64,000 nt of DNA from Sedimentisphaerales bacterium (GTDB lineage Bacteria > Planctomycetota > Phycisphaerae > Sedimentisphaerales > Anaerobacaceae). Shown here in pieces: positions 27,951 through 38,245 of the stretch. The DNA lies in NCBI GenBank assembly GCA_030628155.1, contig DAOVRL010000001.1, positions 2,351-66,350 of the forward strand, in the 5' to 3' direction. A program made the position numbers and the translations under genes. How positions within the stretch are numbered: the stretch's first letter is position 1; each line of letters begins with the position of its first letter. The notes below the pieces were generated by a model that made no database searches, was not told the origin of the DNA, and worked only from the letters and a program-made list of their open reading frames with translations.

Positions 27951-28781
27951 CTATGAAAAGAATTGATTTTGGTCGAGCGAATCATCGGCGAGGACGCTTT
28001 GGATTGCGGGAGAGGACATTGCTTTTCGCACATATCGACGATATTTTTTTACGGTTCTTGTTCGCAGGGCAAACTCCTGCGGGTTGACCACCTGAGTTGC
28101 GTGGGCGAGATGTATGACATATCGGTGCATCACAGAGGACGGCAGCTCGACCGTTTTGCAGCCGCGGTCAACCAGGTCGAAGTACAGCTTTTTTCCGCTG
28201 CCGAGGCCTTTTTCCTCCTCCGTAAGGAATGACAGATTTTCTTTGAGCAGGGTCTGCGTTCGGTAAAGACAGCATATCGTGCGGTTATAGTAGCGGTACT
28301 TGCCGGTTGGGTCCGGCTCTCGAAGAAGCTTTCGCTTGAATGTTCGCAGGTCGGTTGCCTTTTTGAGAAGGATGCGCCATTTTGCCTGCAGCTCGATTTT
28401 GCCTGAGCCGACACAGGCGATGTCTTCCTTTTGGCCGAAGTAGCCGACCAGGTCTGTCAGCCAGTTGTCCCGATGGACAAAAACGTCCGAGTGCATTGAG
28501 ACGAAGAATTCGGTGCTGCAGCTCCGCAAGCCCAGCTCCAAAGCTGCACTGTGGGAACGGCTGCCGCTCAGATCGTTTTTTGTCCGGCGCTCCAGCAGGC
28601 GAATCCATTTGAGGGATTTGAGGTATTCCAGAGACTCGTCCCGTGAATTGTTATCGACGACGATGACCTCGTAGGGGTAATTTGTGAACCTGCGGATGCA
28701 GCGCAGACAAAGGCGGGTGAGGTCCAGTGTTCTGTAATTGGCTATACATATAGTCGCTTTGCCTTTGACGAGGTCTGACAT
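27951..28781 (-). CDS. glycosyltransferase family 2
   Basis: ATICIANYRTLDLTRLCLRCIRRFTNYPYEVIVVDNNSRDESLEYL. ATG 28781 (MSDLVKGK) avoids overlap with the rfbB stop at 28802. Confidence 0.85.
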   Translation of the reverse strand: MSDLVKGKATICIANYRTLDLTRLCLRCIRRFTNYPYEVIVVDNNSRDESLEYLKSLKWIRLLERRTKNDLSGSRSHSAALELGLRSCSTEFFVSMHSDVFVHRDNWLTDLVGYFGQKEDIACVGSGKIELQAKWRILLKKATDLRTFKRKLLREPDPTGKYRYYNRTICCLYRTQTLLKENLSFLTEEEKGLGSGKKLYFDLVDRGCKTVELPSSVMHRYVIHLAHATQVVNPQEFALRTRTVKKYRRYVRKAMSSPAIQSVLADDSLDQNQFFS

Positions 28782-28801
28782 TGACGAGGCTTTTCCTTTC
28801 G

Positions 28802-29815
28802 TTAACGGTCTTTGTACATCTGCTCGTAGTACTTCTGGTAGTCGCCGGAGACGACGCTGCCGAGCCAATCCTGGTTATTGATGTACCAATCTATCGTTCT
28901 ATTGATACCTTCCTCGAAGCTCAGCGACGGCTGCCAGGCGAGGTCAGTAATTATCTTGTCGGCGTCAATAGCGTATCGCCTGTCGTGTCCGGGCCTGTCT
29001 TTGACGTGCTTTATCAATGATTTTGGCTTGTCCAGTCGCTTTAGTATCAGGTCGATGACGTCCAGATTTGCCTTTTCGCTGCAGCCTCCGATGTTGTAGA
29101 TTTCACCGGGCGGCGCTTTTTGGAGAACCCGCCATACAGCAGTGCAGTGGTCATAGACGTAGAGCCAATCCCGCACGTAGAGGCCGTCGCCATAGACAGG
29201 CAGCTCCTTGTCGTTGAGGGCGTTGTTAATCATCAGGGGGATCAATTTCTCAGGGAACTGATACGGGCCGTAGTTGTTGGAGCACCTGGTGATGTTGTAT
29301 TTGACGCCCCAAGTATGGCCGAAGGCCTCGACCAGATGGTCGGCGGCGGCCTTGCTCGCTGAATAGGGCGAATTCGGGCTCAGCGGCGTTTGTTCGGTGA
29401 ATTTCCCTTCGGGACCCAGCTCGCCATAAACTTCATCCGTGGAGACCTGGATGAAGCGCTCGAGGTCCTTGTCGCGAGCGGCCTCGAGCAGGGTCAGCGT
29501 GCCGGTCACATTGGTCTCTATGAATATCTTCGCCCCTGTAATAGAGCGATCCACGTGGCTTTCGGCAGCGAAATTGATGATCGTATCTATGCGGTGCTCG
29601 TCGATGATTTGTTCAACGAGCCGCCCATCGCAGATATCGCCCTTGATGAATTTGTGATTGGAGTGGTCGAGGAAGCCGGCGAGGTTCTCAAGGTTGCCGG
29701 CGTAAGTTAGCTTGTCGAGATTGGCAATAAAGACCTCGGGATGCTCGGCAAGCACCATTCGCACGAAGTTGCTTCCGATGAATCCTGCGCCGCCTGTGAC
29801 GAGTATTCTACTCAT
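28802..29815 (-). CDS. rfbB: dTDP-glucose 4,6-dehydratase
   Basis: MSRILVTGGAGFIGSNFV ... YSASKAAADHLV ... the full RmlB pattern. Confidence 0.95.
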   Translation of the reverse strand: MSRILVTGGAGFIGSNFVRMVLAEHPEVFIANLDKLTYAGNLENLAGFLDHSNHKFIKGDICDGRLVEQIIDEHRIDTIINFAAESHVDRSITGAKIFIETNVTGTLTLLEAARDKDLERFIQVSTDEVYGELGPEGKFTEQTPLSPNSPYSASKAAADHLVEAFGHTWGVKYNITRCSNNYGPYQFPEKLIPLMINNALNDKELPVYGDGLYVRDWLYVYDHCTAVWRVLQKAPPGEIYNIGGCSEKANLDVIDLILKRLDKPKSLIKHVKDRPGHDRRYAIDADKIITDLAWQPSLSFEEGINRTIDWYINNQDWLGSVVSGDYQKYYEQMYKDR

Positions 29816-30654
29816 AAAAGCCTCAGAAAATGTTCCAATGGGACTTGCCAGGGCTCGATGGGCTCGTCAAGCAGGGTCTTTATCTTGCTGCAATCAAACC
29901 TGCTGTTTAACGGCCTCCGGGCCGGGCTTCCAAAATCACTGGTTTTGCAAGGCAACAGGCTAACATCCATAGAGAGCTTGTCAAACATAAACTTCGCCAT
30001 TTCATATCGGCTGACGAAGCCTTCGCTTGCGAAGTGAAACAGGCCCCGCGGCTTTTTTCGCAAGAGCAAGCAGAGGGCTTTGGCGACCTCGGTTGTGGCG
30101 GTCGGTGAGCCTATCTGGTCGTCAACGACCTTCATGGGTTGGCCGGATTTTGCACGCCGGGTGAGCTTTGTTGGAAAGTTGGTGCCGACAGAGCCGTAGG
30201 TCCACTCGACACGGACGATGCAGTGGGCACAATCGGTCTCGGCCAGGAGCCGCTCGCCCGCCAGTTTCGTTTTGCCGTATTCATTTATCGGGTTGGGAGC
30301 ATCGGTCTCAACGTAAGGGCCATCCGAGCGGCCGTCGAATACGAAGTCGGTACTGATGTGCAGGATCCATTTATCGGCCTGCTTTGCAAAGTCACCGAGC
30401 CGCCCTACCGCTGCCGCGTTGACCTGGTAAGCAAGCTCAGCTTCGCCCTCGGCGCCATCTACATCGGTGTAGGCGGCGCAATTGACAATTATCTCAGCAG
30501 AGTCAACGGCTTGTTTTAATTGTTCGGGATTGGTTATGTCGAACTCCGGCAGGTCAAATACGCCGACAGCCAAACCCTGCTGCTCGCACATTTTCGCCAA
30601 GTCCGTGCCGAGCATTCCCCTGCCGCCGAGAATTGCTATTGTTTCTTTGGTCAT
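29812..30654 (-). CDS. rfbD: dTDP-4-dehydrorhamnose reductase
   Basis: ILGGRGMLG ... INCAAYTDVDGAE ... YGKTKLAGE ... the RmlD pattern. It has 4-nt overlaps with both neighbours. Confidence 0.9.
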   Translation of the reverse strand: MTKETIAILGGRGMLGTDLAKMCEQQGLAVGVFDLPEFDITNPEQLKQAVDSAEIIVNCAAYTDVDGAEGEAELAYQVNAAAVGRLGDFAKQADKWILHISTDFVFDGRSDGPYVETDAPNPINEYGKTKLAGERLLAETDCAHCIVRVEWTYGSVGTNFPTKLTRRAKSGQPMKVVDDQIGSPTATTEVAKALCLLLRKKPRGLFHFASEGFVSRYEMAKFMFDKLSMDVSLLPCKTSDFGSPARRPLNSRFDCSKIKTLLDEPIEPWQVPLEHFLRLL

Positions 30655-31376
30655 TGCGGAGGCTCATTTGCAACGAGCTCATTAGCCCGATTGAGCGATT
30701 CGAACGTTCCAGCATCGGACCACCAGCCTTCGAGAACGTCATAAGCCAATTCGCCTCTGGCAATATAAGCTTCGTTGACGTGGGTAATTTCGAGCTCGCC
30801 GCGGGCTGATGGTCTGAGGGTGCGTATGATCTCGAAGACGGCGGCATCGTAGAAATATATGCCCGTCACGGCGTAATCCGACTTTGGCTCTTCGGGTTTT
30901 TCCTCGATACCGATGACTTTGCCGCCGGCAAGCTCCGCGACGCCGAATCGCCGAGGGTCGGGCACCTGCTTTAGGAGGACTCTGGCGCCCTGTTCTTGGG
31001 CGATGAACTTGTCGGCATAGCTCTTGAGGCCGGCCTGAAAGATATTGTCGCCAAGGATGACCGCCACCGGATGGGCCGCTGCGAAGTTCTCTGCCAGGGC
31101 CAGGGCCTGGGCGATGCCGCCGGCCTCGTCCTGGACTTTGTACGTGAACCGGCAGCCGAACCCTTTCCCTGAACCTAACAGGCTGACGACGTCGCCCATG
31201 TGCTCGACACCGGTAACGATGAGGACCTCCTCAATTCCGGCCGAAATAAGCTTTTCAATGGGGTAATAGATCATCGGCTTTTGCCCGATGGGCAACAGAT
31301 GCTTGTTTGTGACCTTGGTCAGCGGTAAAAGTCGCGAGCCCGTCCCGCCGGCAAGGACAACGCCTCGTAAATCCAT
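30651..31376 (-). CDS. rfbA: glucose-1-phosphate thymidylyltransferase (short form)
   Basis: GVVLAGGTGSRLLPLTKVTNKHLLPIGQKPMIYYPIEKL ... GDNIF ... EKPEEPKSDYAVTGIYFYD. Confidence 0.85.
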   Translation of the reverse strand: MDLRGVVLAGGTGSRLLPLTKVTNKHLLPIGQKPMIYYPIEKLISAGIEEVLIVTGVEHMGDVVSLLGSGKGFGCRFTYKVQDEAGGIAQALALAENFAAAHPVAVILGDNIFQAGLKSYADKFIAQEQGARVLLKQVPDPRRFGVAELAGGKVIGIEEKPEEPKSDYAVTGIYFYDAAVFEIIRTLRPSARGELEITHVNEAYIARGELAYDVLEGWWSDAGTFESLNRANELVANEPPQ

Positions 31377-31410
31377 AATCTTCTCCTTGCGAGCTTATTA
31401 GAATTGACGA

Positions 31411-31439
31411 ATTGTAAAGCCTGCCGGTGCCGCTGTCAA
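31411..31439 (-). promoter_or_regulatory. sigma-70-like promoter candidate for the rfbA-led polysaccharide operon
   Basis: On the minus strand: TTGACA (31439..31434), a 17-nt spacer, then TACAAT (31416..31411). An AAGGAGAAG RBS precedes the rfbA ATG at 31376. Confidence 0.55.
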
Positions 31440-31539
31440 CCTCAGATTGTGGGATATTACCCTACAGGGCGGGATGTCCGGCTTGGGCCGGTAGCGGTAA
31501 CGGGGCAAGGCAGTCGGTGAAAGTCTCACACTGCCACCT

Positions 31540-32319
31540 TTAGGTAATCGCCTTTGTTGCTCCGGTTGTGAAGCCGCCATCTACGAGGATTATCTGGCCG
31601 GTAATGTAGACCGAAGCGTCGGATGCGAGGAAGACGACCGCGCCGTCGAGGTCGTTCGGCTTACCCGGCCGGTTGAGGGGGATGCGGCCTGTGATGTAAT
31701 TCACCCATTCCTTGTTCTCATAAAGGACCGCATTCTGGGCGGTTTTGAACCAGCCCGGGGCAAGGACGTTAGCCGTTATTCCATATTTGCCCCATTCGGC
31801 GGCCAGGCTTCGGGTCATTTGGAGGACGCCGCCGCGACTGGCCGTATAGGGAGCGATTCCCTCCATGCCAAAGACGCACGTGCAGGAGCCGACGTTGATT
31901 ATTCTGCCGTACCCGCGTTTTATCATCTCCTTGCCGACGGCCTTAGCGCAGAAGAAACTGCCCTTGAGATTGGTGTTTAGCACGGTGTCCCAGTCCTGCC
32001 AGGAGAATTCGGTGACGGGGTTTCGGATGTTCAGGCCCGCGTTGTTAACGAGGATGTCGATTTTGCCGTATTCGGCCATGGCCGTTTGAACCATGCTCTC
32101 AATGTCGCTTTGCGAGAGCACGTCTAATTGAACGGGCAGGGCCTTTCTGCCCAAGGCCTCAATTTCTTCCTTAAACTCAGTCAGGCTCGATAGTTTCCGG
32201 CTTGTGATCACCAGATCCGCGCCGGCCCCGGCAAGTGCCCTACCGAAATACTGCCCCAGCCCCCTGCTCGTCCCCGTCACTATCGCTACTTTCCCGGTAA
32301 GATCAAATAAGTCCTGCAT
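31540..32319 (-). CDS. SDR family oxidoreductase (KduD/gluconate-5-dehydrogenase-like)
   Basis: MQDLFDLTGKVAIVTGTSRGLG ... NNAG ... YTASRGGVLQMTRSLA. ATG 32319 lies just downstream of the upstream gene's stop at 32336. Confidence 0.85.
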   Translation of the reverse strand: MQDLFDLTGKVAIVTGTSRGLGQYFGRALAGAGADLVITSRKLSSLTEFKEEIEALGRKALPVQLDVLSQSDIESMVQTAMAEYGKIDILVNNAGLNIRNPVTEFSWQDWDTVLNTNLKGSFFCAKAVGKEMIKRGYGRIINVGSCTCVFGMEGIAPYTASRGGVLQMTRSLAAEWGKYGITANVLAPGWFKTAQNAVLYENKEWVNYITGRIPLNRPGKPNDLDGAVVFLASDASVYITGQIILVDGGFTTGATKAIT

Positions 32320-32335
32320 CTTGACCAACCTCAAC

Positions 32336-33367
32336 TTATGGCTCCAACACGATTTTGAGCAAATTCTCCTCGGCCTTGAGCAGGCGGTCGAAGGCACGAG
32401 GTCCCTGGCTTAACGGCAGAACCTCGCTGATTAACGGCTCGACGTCAATTTTGCCCGAAGCGACAAGGTCTATACAGTCGCCGAATTCGCCGCTGCTGGC
32501 GTAAGAACCGGTGAAGGTCAGCTCCCTTGCGACCAATTCCTGGGGATTGAACTCGGCCCGCGACTCCAAATTCCCAACGGCGACCACATACCCGCCTGTC
32601 TTTGTGATCGAGATTGCCTCCTGAAAAGTCCCGGCAAAACCGACTGCCTCAAACGTTACATTCGCTCCCCTACCGTCCGTTTCCTTGAGAATCGCCTCTT
32701 TCAGGTCTGTCTTGGCGGGATTCACGACTTTGTCGGCCCCGAGCTTTTTTGCCACGCCCAGGCGAAATTCGTTGGTATCGCACGCAATGACCTTGGCAGG
32801 ACCTCGAAGCCTGACGGCCTGGAGAATGAAAAGTCCTATTGTCCCGGCCCCTATGACCGCGACCGTATCGTCGGGCGTTATGGGGGCCCTGCTCGCAGCG
32901 TGCACACCTATCGAGACCGGCTCGAGAAGGGCCGCCTGGACAAATGACACATTGTCCGGGATATTCGAGACAATCCACCACGGCACCGCGACATATTCGG
33001 CGAAAGCACCGTGCCTCTTGAAATCGCCCGTGGAAACACCAAGCACCTGCCGTTTTTCACAGCGATTGAATCGCCCTTCTCGGCACGGTGGGCACTGATT
33101 GCAATAAACCGTCGAATCGAAGCAAACCCTGTCGCCCTGCTCGAAATCTTTGACATTTCTCCCGAGCCCCTCAACGATCCCCGCAGCTTCGTGGCCCATA
33201 ATCAGAGGCGGAATTCTCCTGCCCGTCTCGCCCGTCGAGCCATGGACGTCCGAGCCGCAAATCCCGCAGGCCTTGACGCCAACGAGCACCTCGTCGTCGC
33301 CCACGGCAGGGTCGGGGAAATCCGAATATTCAAAACTGTGTGGTCCGGTATAGATTAGCGCCTTCAA
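32336..33367 (-). CDS. zinc-dependent alcohol/polyol dehydrogenase (sorbitol/threonine dehydrogenase-like MDR)
   Basis: GICGSDVHG, GHEAAG, a structural-Zn Cys cluster (CNQCPPCREGRFNRC) and VIGAGTIG. Confidence 0.9.
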   Translation of the reverse strand: MKALIYTGPHSFEYSDFPDPAVGDDEVLVGVKACGICGSDVHGSTGETGRRIPPLIMGHEAAGIVEGLGRNVKDFEQGDRVCFDSTVYCNQCPPCREGRFNRCEKRQVLGVSTGDFKRHGAFAEYVAVPWWIVSNIPDNVSFVQAALLEPVSIGVHAASRAPITPDDTVAVIGAGTIGLFILQAVRLRGPAKVIACDTNEFRLGVAKKLGADKVVNPAKTDLKEAILKETDGRGANVTFEAVGFAGTFQEAISITKTGGYVVAVGNLESRAEFNPQELVARELTFTGSYASSGEFGDCIDLVASGKIDVEPLISEVLPLSQGPRAFDRLLKAEENLLKIVLEP

Positions 33368-33637
33368 TCAAGTATCTCCATTAAACAGTGCGAATCGGCC
33401 TGATTATATTGCAGCATCCGCGGCCTGTCCACCTCTTTCGTCAGCAGCATACTGTGTTTCATTGGCCTCCGCGCCCACGGAAAGTAGGGAAAACTCATTG
33501 GATTCGGGCACAAATTTCAGGTATTATCACAGTTTCGTTGCTCGGGCAGAGTTGCCCGGCAGAGGTGATTCCGGATAACCTCGTAAATGCGTACAGCCTG
33601 ACTGTGAGAACGTTAAACAGAAGAAGGGGCAAACAAA

Positions 33638-36600
33638 ATGGAACGCTCAAGATCGAAAAAGACTCTGATATTGTCGCTGCTGCTGTGCGTATGCCTGTCG
33701 TGGCCGGCTGCGGGCCAAACCAAGCTGCTCTGGCAGATTGGCAAGATAGACAACAATACCGCTGAGTTCGCGATTGGTCCCGACATGAGCAACCAGTACT
33801 CTGTGAGGTTTCCTCACGGTGCACTGTTCGTGGCTGACCAGTCCGACCCGAAGCAGGACTGGCCGTACATCCAGCCTGGACCGGCCGACGTCTGGGCCGG
33901 CAGCAAGAGTCACACGTTCAGAATTCTCTTCGGTCTCAAGAAGCCGCCAAATACGGGCAAATGCAGGCTCGTTCTCGACTTCGTGGATACCCACAGCTCC
34001 AAACCACCAACGCTGGCGATCAAAATCAACGACGCGTCCTTCGATCGCCAATTGCCCCGAGGTGCCGGCGACACGTCGGCGTTTGGGCAACCTGAGAAGG
34101 GCCGCGAACACACTGAGACCGTCGATTTCCCGGCAAACACCCTCAAGACGGGCACTAACGAGATCAGCATCACCTCGGCAGAGGGCAGTTGGATTCTGTA
34201 TGACTACGTGGCCCTGAAGGTGCCGAGTGGTGTTGAAAAAGGGCCGTTGGATACTGTGAACAAGCTTCTCGGTGTCGATACCCAGCCGTATCTTGTGGAG
34301 CATACCGACGGCAAGCTCTATCAGCCGGTGCTCGCCTCTGTCCTGCACATCGGCGGGCCGGCTGAGGCCTCGGTCGCCGTCAACGGCGCCGAACGCCTCG
34401 AGCACTCGCTCAAGTCAGGCTTCAAGGTCATCGAAGGGCTCGCCCCGGCGGTCAAGAGCGCCACTTCCGTAAACGTGGATGTCAAAGTCGCCGGCAAATC
34501 ACTTGGCAAACGGACCCTGACAATAAATCCGATTCGAAAGTGGGAGGTGTACCTGCTGCACCATTCGCACGTGGACATCGGTTATACGCACGTGCAGACG
34601 GATGTTGTGCGCATGCACTGGGAGTATTTCGAGCAGGTGATCGAGCTTGCGCGCAAGACGGCGGACTATCCGGCCGGGGCACAGTTCAAGTGGAACGTAG
34701 AGGTGCTCTGGGCGGTGGACAGTTACCTCAAGCAGGCCTCCGAAGAAAAGCGGAAAGAATTCATCGAAGCGGTCAAGAAGGGGTGGATCGCCCTGGATGC
34801 CCTGTACGGCAACGAGCTTACGGCCCTGTGCCGGCCGGAGGAGCTAATCCGGCTGGTCGGATATGCACAGAAGCTGAGGCAGCAGTACGGCGTGAAGATC
34901 GATTCGGCCATGATTACCGATGTGCCCGGCTATACGTGGGGTATAGTGCCGGTGCTGGCGCAGAGCGGGGTGAAGTACTTCTCGGTCGGGCCCAATCGCG
35001 GGCACAGGATAGGGTACACGCTGTCGGAATGGGGCGACAAGCCCTTCTACTGGGAGGGGCCTTCCGGAAAGGAGAATATCCTCTGCTGGGTGGCGGGTGA
35101 GGGATATTCGCTCTTCCACAGCGGGCGTCTCGACGGCGGCAGACTCCTCAAATACCTCAAACGCCTGGAGGAATCGAAGTATCCGTACGATATGCTTCAG
35201 GTTCGCTACTCAATTGGCGGCGACAACGGCCCGCCTGACCCGGGGCTGAGCGACTTCGTTAAGAAATGGAACGAGAAATACGCCTACCCGAAGCTGATTG
35301 TCTCGACGGCCAGCGAGATGTGCCGGGAGTTCGAGCGCCGATACGGCGGCAAGATTCCCAAGGCCCGCGGCGACTTTACGCCCTACTGGGAGGACGGGGC
35401 AGGGTCGTCTGCGCGCGAAACGGCGCTGAACCGCGCCGCCGCCGAGCGGCTCGTACAGGCTGAGGCCTTATATGCAATGCTCAATCCAACCGGTTACCTG
35501 GCTGATGAGTTCTACGAGGCCTGGCGCAACGTCATTCTCTACGATGAGCATACGTGGGGGGCGCACTGCAGTATAAGTCAGCCGGACAGTGATTTCACCA
35601 AGGCGCAGTGGAAAATCAAGCAGGCCTTTGCCCTCGACGCCGATGCACAGTCCCGCAACCTGCTCGACGACTCACTGGCCAAGCACCGGAGTTCGGCGAA
35701 GAAAGTAAAGGCCGTGGATGTGTTCAATACGTGCTCGTGGCCCCGCACCGACCTTGTCGTCATCCCCAAACACTGGCAACCCGCCGGCGTCATCGTGTTC
35801 AGTGCTAAAGGCGGAGCCGTTCCCACTGGGCGTCTATCCACCGGCGAAATTGCTTTTATCGCGCGAGACATCCCGCCGTTTGCCGGCAAACGCTTCACTC
35901 TGAAAACACCTGGTCTACTCGGTATGAGGGTGCCAGGACCGACCAAAGCGACCCCTCCGACGGTTTTCAACTCGCGCCTGACTGTTACGCTTGATGAGAA
36001 GACCGGTTCGATCATCAGCCTCAAACACAGAGACGTGTCTGTCGATCTCGCCGCAGGCGGAAAAGGGATCGGGCTTAACGACTACTTCTATGTAGCCGGT
36101 AGGGACCCGAAGGAGCTCCAGCGTGACGGTCCGGTCACAATTACTGTAAAAGAGTCCAGCCTGCTCGTAGCTTCGCTGCTTGTAACTTCTGATGCACCGG
36201 GCTGCCACAAGCTTACTCGTGAGATCCGCCTGATCGGTGGGCTGGAGCGTGTGGATATCATCGACACCATCGACAAGAAGAAGATATACAAGCAGGAGGC
36301 GGTGCATCTGGCGTTTGCCTTTAATGTGCCGAATGGCGTGATGCGGATGGATGTTCCGTGGGGTGTGGTTCGGCCGGAGGCGGACCAATTAGCCGGGGCG
36401 TGCAAGAATTACTTCACCGTGCAGCGATGGGTGGATGTGTCCAACGAGAATTTCGGCGTGACGTTGGCGACGGTGGACGCCCCGCTGATTGAAGTCGGCG
36501 CTATTACAAACGACCCGCGGGGAGGCGTCGGCTGGATCAAGAAGCTCGAGCCGACGACGACGCTCTATTCATACGTGATGAACAATTACTGGGAGACGAA

Positions 36601-37000
36601 CTACAAGGCGGGGCAGGAGGGTCCGACGGTGTTCCGGTACTCGCTTCGGCCTCACGGGAAATTCGATTCGGCGGCGGCTGCACGATTCGGGGTCGAGCGG
36701 AGTCAGCCGTTAATCGTTGTGCCGGTCGACGAAGGGGCCGAGTTGCAGGTCCCGGTTCTTAGCGTCGAGCCGGCCGAGGTGATTGTTACGGCGTTTAAGC
36801 CGAGCGAGGACGGCAAGGCGCGGATAGTTCGGCTCTTCAATGCTTCAGAGAAGAATTGCAGGGCGAAAATTATGTGGGGCGAGGCGCCAGAGTCGGTCTG
36901 GCTGAGCAATCTTGCCGAGCAGCCCGTTTCGCAGGTCAAAGGGCCGGTCGAATTGGCTGGACACGAGTTCGTTACGCTGAGAGTGCCGTTACGCAGATAG
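33638..37000 (+). CDS. GH38 alpha-mannosidase with an N-terminal accessory domain of about 280 aa
   Basis: Signal peptide. The GH38 core starts at VYLLHHSHVDIGYTH. The N-terminal domain (LLWQIGKIDNNTAEFAIGP ... ISITSAEGSWILYDYVAL) resembles lyase-family-4-type accessory or CBM-like modules. Confidence 0.9.
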   Translation: MERSRSKKTLILSLLLCVCLSWPAAGQTKLLWQIGKIDNNTAEFAIGPDMSNQYSVRFPHGALFVADQSDPKQDWPYIQPGPADVWAGSKSHTFRILFGLKKPPNTGKCRLVLDFVDTHSSKPPTLAIKINDASFDRQLPRGAGDTSAFGQPEKGREHTETVDFPANTLKTGTNEISITSAEGSWILYDYVALKVPSGVEKGPLDTVNKLLGVDTQPYLVEHTDGKLYQPVLASVLHIGGPAEASVAVNGAERLEHSLKSGFKVIEGLAPAVKSATSVNVDVKVAGKSLGKRTLTINPIRKWEVYLLHHSHVDIGYTHVQTDVVRMHWEYFEQVIELARKTADYPAGAQFKWNVEVLWAVDSYLKQASEEKRKEFIEAVKKGWIALDALYGNELTALCRPEELIRLVGYAQKLRQQYGVKIDSAMITDVPGYTWGIVPVLAQSGVKYFSVGPNRGHRIGYTLSEWGDKPFYWEGPSGKENILCWVAGEGYSLFHSGRLDGGRLLKYLKRLEESKYPYDMLQVRYSIGGDNGPPDPGLSDFVKKWNEKYAYPKLIVSTASEMCREFERRYGGKIPKARGDFTPYWEDGAGSSARETALNRAAAERLVQAEALYAMLNPTGYLADEFYEAWRNVILYDEHTWGAHCSISQPDSDFTKAQWKIKQAFALDADAQSRNLLDDSLAKHRSSAKKVKAVDVFNTCSWPRTDLVVIPKHWQPAGVIVFSAKGGAVPTGRLSTGEIAFIARDIPPFAGKRFTLKTPGLLGMRVPGPTKATPPTVFNSRLTVTLDEKTGSIISLKHRDVSVDLAAGGKGIGLNDYFYVAGRDPKELQRDGPVTITVKESSLLVASLLVTSDAPGCHKLTREIRLIGGLERVDIIDTIDKKKIYKQEAVHLAFAFNVPNGVMRMDVPWGVVRPEADQLAGACKNYFTVQRWVDVSNENFGVTLATVDAPLIEVGAITNDPRGGVGWIKKLEPTTTLYSYVMNNYWETNYKAGQEGPTVFRYSLRPHGKFDSAAAARFGVERSQPLIVVPVDEGAELQVPVLSVEPAEVIVTAFKPSEDGKARIVRLFNASEKNCRAKIMWGEAPESVWLSNLAEQPVSQVKGPVELAGHEFVTLRVPLRR

Positions 37001-37009
37001 GAGAGCGAA

Positions 37010-38227
37010 ATGACATCACGCGAGCGAATCCTGGCGGCATTGGAGCACCGCGAGGGCGACCGAGTTCCGATCGATTTTTCCGGGCATCGGTCGTCGGGTA
37101 TAGCGGCGATTGCGTATGCGAAGCTGCGAGAGTATCTGGGGCTTGCCGCAAGGCCGATTCGCGTTTACGACGTTATACAGCAATTGGCGATTGTCGATGA
37201 GGACGTCCTTGAGAGATTCGCCGTGGACACCATTGAGCTGGGCCGAGGCTTTGCACTCGATGACGAATCCTGGTCGCCGTGGGTTTTGCCGGATGCGACG
37301 GCCTGTTTTGTGCCCGCCTGGACACGAATCGAGAGGGACGAAGGGCGGTGGGTGATTCGGTCGCCGAGTGGCAGAGTGCTGGCCCAGATGCCGGAGGGGA
37401 CATTATATTTCGAGCAGACGTATTATCCTTTTCTCGAAGGACAGGACAATCCGGAGGCAATTCGCGATGCGCTCGAAGAGTCCATGTGGACGTCGGTCGC
37501 GGCTCCGCCCGGGCCGATTGACGACGAGGCGCTTTCCGAAGGGGCCAAGCAGTTACGCAGGAAAACGGAGCGGGCGATAATAGGCTTATTCGGAGGCAAC
37601 CTCTTTGAGATGGGGCAGTTCCTTTATCGCAACGACCAATTCATGATGTTGCTGGCCTCTGAGCCGCGGCGGGCGCACCGTTTTCTCGATGCGCTCGTCG
37701 AGATCCATTTGGCCAACTTGGAGCGGTTCTTAGGGGCAGTCGGCGAATACATCGATATCATTCTCTTCGGTGACGATCTTGGGATGCAGACGGGCCCTAT
37801 GATTTCGCCGGCGATGTACCGAGAGTTCTTTAAGCCGCGGCACAAGCTGCTCTGGAACCGGGCAAAAGAGCTGGCCGATGCGAAGGTGATGCTCCATTGC
37901 TGTGGAGGAGTTCGCGAGCTGCTCGACGATTTGATCGAGGCCGGCCTTGACGCTATCAACCCTGTGCAGATTAGCTGCACCGGGATGGATGCCGCTGAGC
38001 TAAAGGCCCAGTTCGGCTCGCGTCTGACCTTCTGGGGCGGCGGATGTGACACGAGGGATCTGCTGGCGAACGGCACCCCGCAGCAGGTCGCCGAGCACGT
38101 CAGAGAGCAGGTCAAGATACTTGGTCCCGGCGGAGGATTCGTCTTTCAGCAGGTGCACAATATCCTGGCAAACGTGCCGCCGGAGAATATCGTCGCGATG
38201 TTCGACGCGGTGAACGATGCTTCTTAG
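37010..38227 (+). CDS. uroporphyrinogen decarboxylase (URO-D/MtaA-like) family protein
   Basis: MTSRERILAALEHREGDRVPIDF ... HCCGGVRELLDDLIEAGLDAINPVQ ... typical of non-HemE URO-D family members. Confidence 0.8.
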   Translation: MTSRERILAALEHREGDRVPIDFSGHRSSGIAAIAYAKLREYLGLAARPIRVYDVIQQLAIVDEDVLERFAVDTIELGRGFALDDESWSPWVLPDATACFVPAWTRIERDEGRWVIRSPSGRVLAQMPEGTLYFEQTYYPFLEGQDNPEAIRDALEESMWTSVAAPPGPIDDEALSEGAKQLRRKTERAIIGLFGGNLFEMGQFLYRNDQFMMLLASEPRRAHRFLDALVEIHLANLERFLGAVGEYIDIILFGDDLGMQTGPMISPAMYREFFKPRHKLLWNRAKELADAKVMLHCCGGVRELLDDLIEAGLDAINPVQISCTGMDAAELKAQFGSRLTFWGGGCDTRDLLANGTPQQVAEHVREQVKILGPGGGFVFQQVHNILANVPPENIVAMFDAVNDAS

Positions 38228-38245
38228 GCCGTAGCGAAGAATTAC

